Notes under the pieces: model-generated | Database searches by the model: none | Told to the model about the DNA's origin: nothing | Seen by the model: only the letters and a program-made list of their open reading frames with translations | Assembly (NCBI GenBank): GCA_016791105.1 | Contig: JAEUNM010000099.1 | Location: forward strand, 36,191-100,190 | Origin: Rhodocyclaceae bacterium | Lineage (GTDB): Bacteria > Pseudomonadota > Gammaproteobacteria > Burkholderiales > Rhodocyclaceae | DNA: 64,000 nucleotides | Direction: 5' to 3' | Part shown: one piece after another, positions 31,682-38,753 of the stretch | How positions within the stretch are numbered: position 1 is the first letter of the stretch | How the letters are laid out: each line of letters starts with the position of its first letter | Program-made: the position numbers and the translations under genes

Positions 31682-31779
31682 GGAGGCGGATTCTAGCAAA
31701 CGTGGGAAAACCGCCGTGCCCCGCCAAAACCAACCCGGTGACCAGGGCGAGCGACGCAAAGGGCAATGCAAAGTGGAAG

Positions 31780-31880
31780 GTGGCGAGCCTGACCCCCGGC
31801 ACTCGCAGTTAGCGGCTGTGGCTGCTTCCTTCCGGACCTGACCAGGTTGACCACGCTACGATGCGGGGAGACCCGCCGCT
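31780..31880 (-). ncRNA. ffs: Signal recognition particle RNA (4.5S-type)
   Basis: Minus strand contains ACCUGGUCAGGUCCGGAAGGAAGCAGCCACAG, which matches the conserved SRP domain IV sequence of E. coli 4.5S RNA. Flanking 5-prime and 3-prime arms are complementary. Sits upstream of dnaX, a common synteny. Ends are approximate. Confidence 0.85.
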
Positions 31881-31972
31881 GGTGATTGTACTACAGCCCG
31901 GCTGACGGGCCGTATCGATCGCGCTGTGCCGTGACGGACGCCGAATTCCGGTTGCCTCGCGCGAGACAGCGG

Positions 31973-32260
31973 CTACCCGCCACCCCTCTGAAAATAAGCG
32001 TCGAAGCGGGCATGAAAAGCCGCAGCAGCCGCGTCATCCATGCTGATCAATTCGATTTTGACCTGCAGCCGTGCAAGCCGCAGCAGGCCGATGGACAAAT
32101 CCGGCAAATCGGCCAGCGCGATGCGCCAGCGCCCATCGGCCGCCACACAGGCGTCGGAGCCCGCCTGCACGAAGGGGCTGTCCACGGCCGCCTGCAGGCG
32201 GCGCCAGAAATCGCCGCGCTCGATCGACATGTCGAGCACGCGCAGATGTCCCTCAGCCAC
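31973..32260 (-). CDS. Small conserved hypothetical protein, last gene of the AOR operon (aorE-like position)
   Basis: 95 aa ORF whose start overlaps the MoaD-like stop by 8 nt. No recognisable motif. Confidence 0.45.
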   Translation of the reverse strand: MAEGHLRVLDMSIERGDFWRRLQAAVDSPFVQAGSDACVAADGRWRIALADLPDLSIGLLRLARLQVKIELISMDDAAAAAFHARFDAYFQRGGG

Positions 32261-32507
32261 CCGCGATGGGCGGCCAGATCGCCAGCACGTCCCCTTCCAC
32301 CAAAGTTTTCGACGCGCGTTCGCCCGGCGGAACGAAAACGCCGTTCACCAGCACGAGGTGGCACAGTTTCTGCGGCAGCCTATGCGCCTCGATCAATGCC
32401 GCCGGCGTAACCCCGTCAGTCACGCTCAGTGCAAGCGAATTCGTGGATCGCGCCGAATCGGGCAGATAGTCGGCCAGGGTGGCGTATAGCTTGAGCGTTA
32501 CGTTCAT
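32253..32507 (-). CDS. aorD: MoaD/ThiS-family ubiquitin-like sulfur carrier
   Basis: 84 aa beta-grasp-type protein ending in the diagnostic ...PPIAGG C-terminus. Confidence 0.8.
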   Translation of the reverse strand: MNVTLKLYATLADYLPDSARSTNSLALSVTDGVTPAALIEAHRLPQKLCHLVLVNGVFVPPGERASKTLVEGDVLAIWPPIAGG

Positions 32508-32525
32508 TGCCTGTCCGACATCCGT

Positions 32526-33791
32526 TCAAACCCCGACGACCGGGATGGTCGATGCGTCCTGGGCGCAGGCCAGGTAGGCTTCCATGACGCGCAGCGGATC
32601 TTTCAACAGTTTGTCCTTCCAGGGACCCAAATGCGTACGCGTCTGGATCATCCCGCGCAAAACGCCGACGTGATTGGTGAGGCCTATGCTGGTGGCCCCG
32701 ATCAGCACGTCGCCGCGAAACTGCAAACTCAAATAGCGCCCGGCCGCGTCATCCACCATTTCAACGGATTGGCCGTCTTCCGCGCCCCACCATTGGCCAA
32801 ACGAAGAAGAAATCATCCCCATTGCGTCGAGCACGTTGAGCGCCAGCGTGCCCTGGCTGGTGGCATGGCCGCCCGCCATATTTGCCGCCGCCACGCGCGC
32901 CTGATCGGCGGCATTGGGCTGAATCGCATTGACGAGCCGCTCGCCGGTCGAAAAATCGATGGCTTCGGCGACGTCGCCGGCCGCATAAACCCCGGGCACG
33001 TTGGTCGCGCAACATTCATCCACATACACGCCGCGGCCCAATTCTATGCCGCTGCCGGCCAGAAACGCCACATTCGGCTTGACGCCGGCCGCCGCGATGA
33101 TGAGGTCGCAGATAATTTCCTGCCCACCCGCAAGGCGCGCCACCAGTGCGCCGCCGGCCTCGCGTATCGATTCGACACGCGCATCGGTGTGCACCTCGAC
33201 GCCTTTTTTCTCCACCCAGCGGCGGATCATGTTGCCCGCCACCTGCGTCATCATGCGCGGCACCATGCGGTCGCCCATTTCGACGATGGTGAGCTTCACC
33301 TTGCGCCGCGTGAGCGCCTCCATGATGATGCAGCCGATAAATCCTGCACCAATTTGCAGAACCCGCGCGCCGGGCTTGGCGCGTTCGGCGATGTGGCGCG
33401 CGTCTTCCAGCGTCCAGCAACTATGCACGCCGGGCAGATCGACGCCGGGAACCGGCAGCCGCACCGGCACCGAACCGGTTGCGATCAGGAGCTTGTCGTA
33501 AGCCAGCGTTTGCCCGTCATCCAGAGTGACCTGCTTCGCCGCCGTATCGACCGCGCTGGCCTGGCCGCGCACTTCGCGTATACCCAGACTTGCAAAATGA
33601 TCGGGCGATTTGCGCAGATAGGTTCCACGCTCGTCGATGTTGCCGACCAGAAGGTAGGGAATGGCCATGCGCGAATACGACGGTTCCGGCTCATTGCCCA
33701 GCATCGTGATGTCGTCCTGCGGGCGCAATTTGCGCAGGGCTTCGGCCGCCACAACGCCGGCCGGACCATTGCCCAGTATGAGGTGTTTCAT
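32526..33791 (-). CDS. aorC: FAD/NAD(P)-dependent pyridine nucleotide-disulfide oxidoreductase (AOR electron-transfer subunit, AorC-like)
   Basis: Two Rossmann motifs (ILGNGPAGVVAAE and VLQIGAGFIGCIIMEA). 421 aa. Between aorB and the MoaD-like gene. Confidence 0.85.
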   Translation of the reverse strand: MKHLILGNGPAGVVAAEALRKLRPQDDITMLGNEPEPSYSRMAIPYLLVGNIDERGTYLRKSPDHFASLGIREVRGQASAVDTAAKQVTLDDGQTLAYDKLLIATGSVPVRLPVPGVDLPGVHSCWTLEDARHIAERAKPGARVLQIGAGFIGCIIMEALTRRKVKLTIVEMGDRMVPRMMTQVAGNMIRRWVEKKGVEVHTDARVESIREAGGALVARLAGGQEIICDLIIAAAGVKPNVAFLAGSGIELGRGVYVDECCATNVPGVYAAGDVAEAIDFSTGERLVNAIQPNAADQARVAAANMAGGHATSQGTLALNVLDAMGMISSSFGQWWGAEDGQSVEMVDDAAGRYLSLQFRGDVLIGATSIGLTNHVGVLRGMIQTRTHLGPWKDKLLKDPLRVMEAYLACAQDASTIPVVGV

Positions 33792-33910
33792 GATCGCCTC
33801 GGAAAAGTCATCAGCTACACAAGAAACGGGGGCACGAACAGCATCCGTGCCCCCTTTTCCCGGCCGCCGCCTGCCGGCTCACACCCGCAGGCCGCACGAC
33901 CGCTACGCCC

Positions 33911-35758
33911 TCAAAGCCCCAGACGCGTAAGCGTTTCCGGCGTCGGACGTCCTTCCGTATCCCAGCCGCGCAGCTCGTAATATTCGGGTAGCATTTTGTC
34001 CAGCCCGCTCACGAGCCCCTTGGCCGGGCCGACCTTGGCCGGCTCGGTCAGCAAGCGCGGCGGCAAGGTGTCGTCCTTGGCCGTAAAGCCGGCGGCGTTG
34101 TTGAACTGGCGCTCCAGATTCCAGATGCGCTCGCCCATTTCGTTGAGCTTTTCGAGCGACCAGTCGCCCTCGCAAGCAGCCTGGACCTGCGGCTGCACGT
34201 CTGCCACGCCCCAGGCGAAGGAAGTGAACACACACAGGCCGGACGAATCGAATACCGCGGTGGCATCCTGGAATGCCTTCACGAGCGCCGGCTTGCCGTC
34301 GGTGGTGAGCGGATCGGTCTTGACGGGAATGCCCAGCACTTCCGACGCCACCGTGTAGGAGCGCAGGTGGCAGGCACCGCGGTTGGAGGTTGCATAGGTA
34401 AGCCCCATGCCCTGTATGCCGCGCGAATCGTAAGCCGGGAATTCCTGCCCCTTCACCGTCATGGACAGTTCGGGATGGCCGTATTTCGCACACATGCGCG
34501 CCGAGCCCATGCCGATGTCTTTGCCGAAACCCTCCCCGCGCGCGGTCATTTCGGTGAGCAGCGCAAGCGCTTTGGCCGAGCCGAAGGGCGCTTCAATGCC
34601 AAGTTGCTCTTTCGTCAGCACCCCCATTTCGTACAGTTCCATGACCGCACCGATGGTTGCGCCAAATGAAATCGGATCCATGCCGTCTTCATTGCAGAGC
34701 AAGTTCGCGTACTGCAAGGCTTCCAGATCGTCCACGCCATTCGCGCTGCCGAGCGCCCAGGCCGCCTCGTATTCCAGCCCACCCGACGCGCCCCAGTATT
34801 TCGGGCTATTGACCACAGAGAAGTGGTTCTGATCAATCTTGGAAATACGTCCGCAGGCGATGGTGCAACCAAAACAGGCCTGGTTGTTTACCAACTGCGC
34901 CTTGCCATCGGTCGGGCGCTTCTCGCGCATGGCCTCGGCGGAAATTTTGCGCGCCCCTTCGAACTGCACATCGCGGTGGTTGCGCGTGGGCATGGCGCCG
35001 ATTTCGTTGATCACGTTCATGAGCACCTGCGTACCGTAGGTCGGCAGGCCGGCGCCCGTGACGGCATTTTCCTTGAGAATTTTTTTCTTCTCGAAGGTCA
35101 CTTTCATGAATTCCTTGGGATTGGCGATATTGCCAACGCCCTTGGTGCCGCGTACCGCAATCGCCTTGAGGTTCTTGGACCCCATCACCGCGCCCACGCC
35201 GGAGCGGCCGGCGGCACGATGCAGGTCATTCACGATGCAGGCATAGAGCACGCCGTTTTCGCCGGCACGGCCGATCGAGGACACGCGCACCAGCGGATCC
35301 TGGTGCTGCTTCTTGACGGTTTCTTCGGTTTCCCAAACGGTCTTGCCCCACAGGTGCGAGGCGTCGCGCAGTTCCACCTTGTCGTCTTCGATCCAGAGAT
35401 ACACCGGCCGCGGTGACTTGCCTTCCAGAATGATCATGTCCCAACCGGCCATTTTCAGCTCGGCGCCAAAATACCCGCCCGAATTGGAACAGGCGATGGC
35501 GCCGGTGAGCGGCCCTTTGGTCACCACGGAATAGCGCCCGCCGGTCGACGCCATGGTTCCGGTGAGCGGCCCGGTGGTAAAAATGAGCTTGTTGTCGGGC
35601 GACAGTGGATCGACTTTTGGATCCACCTCACTGACGAAATATTTGGTGGCCAGACCACGCTGGCCGAGGTACTGCTGCGCCCACTCCATATTGAGCGGTT
35701 CGACCGCGACCGAACCGGACGTAAGATTGATGCGCAGGAATTTACGCGTCCATGCCAT
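33911..35758 (-). CDS. aorB: Tungsten-type aldehyde:ferredoxin oxidoreductase catalytic subunit
   Basis: AOR-family N-terminus (WTRKFLRINLTSGSVAVEPL...YLGQRGLATKY) and a 4Fe-4S ligand cluster CFGCTIAC. ATG at 35758. Confidence 0.92.
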   Translation of the reverse strand: MAWTRKFLRINLTSGSVAVEPLNMEWAQQYLGQRGLATKYFVSEVDPKVDPLSPDNKLIFTTGPLTGTMASTGGRYSVVTKGPLTGAIACSNSGGYFGAELKMAGWDMIILEGKSPRPVYLWIEDDKVELRDASHLWGKTVWETEETVKKQHQDPLVRVSSIGRAGENGVLYACIVNDLHRAAGRSGVGAVMGSKNLKAIAVRGTKGVGNIANPKEFMKVTFEKKKILKENAVTGAGLPTYGTQVLMNVINEIGAMPTRNHRDVQFEGARKISAEAMREKRPTDGKAQLVNNQACFGCTIACGRISKIDQNHFSVVNSPKYWGASGGLEYEAAWALGSANGVDDLEALQYANLLCNEDGMDPISFGATIGAVMELYEMGVLTKEQLGIEAPFGSAKALALLTEMTARGEGFGKDIGMGSARMCAKYGHPELSMTVKGQEFPAYDSRGIQGMGLTYATSNRGACHLRSYTVASEVLGIPVKTDPLTTDGKPALVKAFQDATAVFDSSGLCVFTSFAWGVADVQPQVQAACEGDWSLEKLNEMGERIWNLERQFNNAAGFTAKDDTLPPRLLTEPAKVGPAKGLVSGLDKMLPEYYELRGWDTEGRPTPETLTRLGL

Positions 35759-35775
35759 GAGTGTGTCCTCCGTGC

Positions 35776-36246
35776 TCAGGCCGCAGCCGTGTCGGTTTTT
35801 TCGGCCCACTGGCGCATGCGGTCCAAGCCGGTCCAGTTGGCGTCTATGAAGGTGATTGCACCGGTCGGGCAAGCTTCAGCACAGGCAGGCTCTCCGAAAC
35901 AGAGGTCGCATTTCTGTACCTTGCCGATATCCGCCACATAATTGATGGTGCCGAACGGACAGGCGACAGTGCACACCTTGCAGCCGACACAAACGTCCTC
36001 CAACACCACCTTGGCGCCGGTGTTCTTGTCCAGCTTGATCGCCTCGACCGGGCAGGCGTGCATGCACCAGGCTTCGTCACACTGCGTGCAGGTATAGGGA
36101 ACCTTGCGCCCGGTATGGTGGAATTCGAAAACCTTGATGCGCGACTTCGAATTATTGAACACGCCGTAATTTTCGAACGAGCACGCCATTTCGCACTGCA
36201 GGCAATGCGTGCACTTGTTCGGATCGATGTGCAGCGATTTTTGCAT
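35776..36246 (-). CDS. aorA: Poly-ferredoxin-like subunit with four 4Fe-4S motifs (AorA-like)
   Basis: Four Cys clusters (CTHCLQCEMAC, CTQCDEAWCMHACP, CVGCKVCTVACP, CDLCFGEPACAEACP). Confidence 0.88.
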   Translation of the reverse strand: MQKSLHIDPNKCTHCLQCEMACSFENYGVFNNSKSRIKVFEFHHTGRKVPYTCTQCDEAWCMHACPVEAIKLDKNTGAKVVLEDVCVGCKVCTVACPFGTINYVADIGKVQKCDLCFGEPACAEACPTGAITFIDANWTGLDRMRQWAEKTDTAAA

Positions 36247-36317
36247 CGTCCTCTCTCCTTTTGTTCGTGAAAGTTCAGGCCTGGTTCAAGCTTGCCAAGC
36301 CCGGTAGATCAATAGGT

Positions 36318-36333
36318 AGCAAATCCCACGCCA
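36318..36333 (-). promoter_or_regulatory. Candidate sigma-54 promoter of the aor operon
   Basis: Minus strand reads TGGCGTGGGATTTGCT, with GG-N10-GC spacing and a TTGC -12 element. About 70 nt upstream of the aorA ATG. Confidence 0.6.
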
Positions 36334-36571
36334 CCTGCCGAACCGCTTGTCTTTGCAAATATGCAGCCCAAATCTGTTAGAAAATGGGACACCTGTTGCA
36401 CAATTTGCCGTACCACATCCCCAATGAATTCTAGCGAACCGCGGCGTTAGCGGCAGCACGGCGGGAAAAAGTTTACCGGCACGCGAGATCAAACCCGTTG
36501 CGCTTGTCCGGCCGCTGCCCGAAATCGCCCAGCGCGCCCTCCCCGCCGCAGACGCGCAACGCAAAACCGGC

Positions 36572-37396
36572 TCAGAGCGGCTTCAGCCTGCGCACGCCGT
36601 GTCGCGCGAACACTTCGTCCAGTCTGCCTTCCTTGTCGAGTTCGTTCATGGCTTCCTGGACTCGCCGCGCCAGCGCCTCGTTGCCGGCTTTGGCCGCAAT
36701 GCCCAGCACCCAACCGGCCGGCGGCAGGGCCGGCAGCGGCGGTATCAGGCGGTCAAAACCGCGTGTGCCCTGCATCATTGCCTCGACCTGACTGTTCAAA
36801 GCCAGCACGGCGCTGATACGGTCCTCCTTGAGTTCCCGGAATGCCTCGCCGATATTGTGGAAATGGCGCACGTTGCGCGCCAGTTTGCCGCCCTCGAAGC
36901 CAAGCAGCGCAATCGACCCGATGGAGGCATCTTCGACGCCTATCGTGGCATGTTCGAACACGCTCATGGTTTCCACCTTGGGCAGTTTTTCGCGGCTATG
37001 TACGAGCATCATCTGCTCGCGATAATAGGGCGCAAAAATGAGCACCTTGTCGTTGCGGTCCATGAAGTGCCTATCCACCGGCACATGCATCATGATGTCG
37101 GCGGGTCCGTAACCGAGGTAGTGCCCCTTCCACACCATGTTGCGCAGATCGTCCTCCATTTTTTCGTCGGCATCGAAAGGCAGCAAGGCGAGCCGCAAGC
37201 CCAGGCGCTCTGCGATCAGGCGCGCGATGTCGACATCTATGCCCTTGCCGTCGTCGTTGAATGGCGCAAATTCCTTATACACGGCGACACTGAGCGTGCC
37301 CGGCGCGCGTAATTGATCCAGGCCGGAATCCGCCCACGCCGGTAAGCCGAACGCAGCAAGCCACAACAGGGTCAGAAATTTCAGAACCGATTTCAA
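36572..37396 (-). CDS. Periplasmic substrate-binding protein of the quinoprotein-dehydrogenase-associated type
   Basis: Family-3 binding-protein fold downstream of the cytochrome c550-like gene. Start taken at the TTG at 37396, preceded by AGGAGA, which gives the signal peptide MKSVLKFLTLLWLAAFGLPAWA. Confidence 0.75.
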   Translation of the reverse strand: MKSVLKFLTLLWLAAFGLPAWADSGLDQLRAPGTLSVAVYKEFAPFNDDGKGIDVDIARLIAERLGLRLALLPFDADEKMEDDLRNMVWKGHYLGYGPADIMMHVPVDRHFMDRNDKVLIFAPYYREQMMLVHSREKLPKVETMSVFEHATIGVEDASIGSIALLGFEGGKLARNVRHFHNIGEAFRELKEDRISAVLALNSQVEAMMQGTRGFDRLIPPLPALPPAGWVLGIAAKAGNEALARRVQEAMNELDKEGRLDEVFARHGVRRLKPL

Positions 37397-37431
37397 AAGC
37401 TGTCTCCTGGTATTTTTGTCTGCACAAAATG

Positions 37432-37455
37432 CCAGCGGGGCCGCAGCCCCGCTGG
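37432..37455 (-). other. Intercistronic perfect 10-bp GC hairpin between the cytochrome c and binding-protein genes
   Basis: CCAGCGGGGC-cgca-GCCCCGCTGG. On the minus strand it is followed by CATTTTGTG. Possible attenuator or mRNA stabiliser. Confidence 0.5.
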
Positions 37456-37480
37456 CAATGGCACGCCGCAACGGCAAATC

Positions 37481-37909
37481 CTACTGCAGGCTGCTGCGCC
37501 GGCTTTCCAGGTAGGATTTGATGGCCCAGATGGCTTCCTGGTTCAAAACCCCTTCGAAGGGCGGCATGTAGGTCACGCCATTACGAATTTTCCCCCGCCG
37601 CACACTGTCACGAAAATACACATCCGTGTCCGGATCCAGATCGAGTTTGCGCAAATCTGGAGCAATTCCGCCACTGACCGCTTCCAGGCCGTGACAACGC
37701 GCGCAGTTCTGATTGAATGCCGACGACCCGATCTGGATCGCTTTCTTGTTGTCCCGATACGGGTTCACACCCAGCCAGTCCGCGCCGAGCTGTTTCAGTT
37801 CATGCGTATCGACGACCTGCGGTGTCACGTCGCCATGCGCGTGCGCGACCGTTGCAATACCCATTGCCGCGACCACACCAATTAGTTTTCCGATGGCTGC
37901 AACCTTCAT
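37481..37909 (-). CDS. Monoheme cytochrome c550-like (PedF/ExaB-type)
   Basis: Signal peptide, single heme site CARCHG. Size and sequence resemble the electron acceptors of PQQ alcohol dehydrogenases. Confidence 0.85.
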   Translation of the reverse strand: MKVAAIGKLIGVVAAMGIATVAHAHGDVTPQVVDTHELKQLGADWLGVNPYRDNKKAIQIGSSAFNQNCARCHGLEAVSGGIAPDLRKLDLDPDTDVYFRDSVRRGKIRNGVTYMPPFEGVLNQEAIWAIKSYLESRRSSLQ

Positions 37910-37953
37910 GTTTTGACTCCTCCAGAGGTAAAAAAATCAGGACAGGCTGCTTA

Positions 37954-37969
37954 CGCAAATCCCGTGCCC
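37954..37969 (-). promoter_or_regulatory. Candidate sigma-54 promoter of the cytochrome c550 / binding-protein operon
   Basis: Minus strand reads GGGCACGGGATTTGCG, matching 14 of 16 positions of TGGCACGNNNNTTGCW with correct GG-N10-GC spacing. About 45 nt upstream of the ATG. Confidence 0.7.
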
Positions 37970-38168
37970 GGTCGCCCTCCATCGCGCCGGCCAGCTGCGC
38001 GATCGCCGTGATTAAACCGGGTCAAATGCGGCCGTGATCAGACGCTTTGGGCCGGATTGACTTTCCGCAAAATTTCGGGAATTCGGCCATACTCCGTCTT
38101 GCCACGCTGGCCAGAACAGGCGCCGCTCGGCGCCCGCGTAATATGCACCGCATTGGCAGTTCCCGCAG

Positions 38169-38203
38169 AAAAAAAAAGCGGCTGACACCGGGGTGCCAGC
38201 CGC
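38169..38203 (-). terminator. Strong rho-independent terminator with no obvious upstream gene
   Basis: Minus strand reads GCGGCTGGCACC-CC-GGTGTCAGCCGC followed by T9. Confidence 0.8.
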
Positions 38204-38555
38204 AAGCAAAACACGAGGAGAAACACTAAGGGGGAAACACAAAATCGGCCTGCCCAGCCCCACCCCAAGCTGGACAAGCCCGCCGGAGCAAGAATCAACC
38301 GATCAGGCCAAATTCCCCGGTCAAATCGACTAAACTCCAAACATCTGCTGCGCCACATTGCAACATTCGGCTATCTGTTAAGCAGCAAGCCGGCTGCAAA
38401 TCGCCGCTGAGCACCGCATGCCGGCACACTTTGCAGCGCGTGCGCGGCACAGCGCCAAGCCAATTCAATCCACTGTGGCGCTTTGGCGTGGAACACGCCG
38501 GTACAAGCAGATTTGACAGTTAGGTAGCCTCTGTCGCCGCGTTCGGAACTATCCA

Positions 38556-38571
38556 GGCAAGCCGCGTACCA
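38556..38571 (-). promoter_or_regulatory. Candidate third sigma-54 promoter, driving a unit with no ORF
   Basis: Minus strand reads CTGGTACGCGGCTTGCC (TGGTAC-N5-TTGC, GG-N10-GC). Points toward the terminator at 38169..38203. Confidence 0.5.
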
Positions 38572-38753
38572 GCCTGAAAAACCGCTCAAAACGGCACGCC
38601 CGAAGCCCGTTTCAGCCTCGGCTGCGGCAAATTGCCACACTTCTTGGCAACACTTGCCACAACCTGTAGCACATGCTACGGTTGCCCGGCTCACGAGAAG
38701 GGCGGGCATGCACTGCACCGTCACCATGGGTGCTCACTCTGGAGGAAAAGTCG

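Noticed and set aside
28751-31696. 981-aa plus-strand ORF, the longest in the track
   Set aside because: It is antisense to recR, ybaB and dnaX, which all have unambiguous motifs on the minus strand. Its product is Arg/Ala/Gly-rich low-complexity sequence, typical of shadow ORFs in high-GC DNA.
38273-38344. 23-codon ORF MLQCGAADVWSLVDLTGEFGLIG considered as a PqqA-like RiPP precursor, given the quinoprotein context
   Set aside because: It lacks the diagnostic Glu-x3-Tyr of PqqA and has no Shine-Dalgarno sequence. It is kept only as a possibility within the ORF-less-unit finding.
38038-38358. 106-aa minus-strand ORF
   Set aside because: The reading frame runs straight through the strong intrinsic terminator at 38169-38203, so a terminated transcript would lack its stop codon. 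The translation is Trp/Arg/Leu-rich noise.
38371-38727. 118-aa Cys-rich minus-strand ORF in the gene-free gap
   Set aside because: It has no ribosome-binding site and an odd composition. It starts upstream of the candidate sigma-54 promoter and spans it, so it is more likely non-coding.
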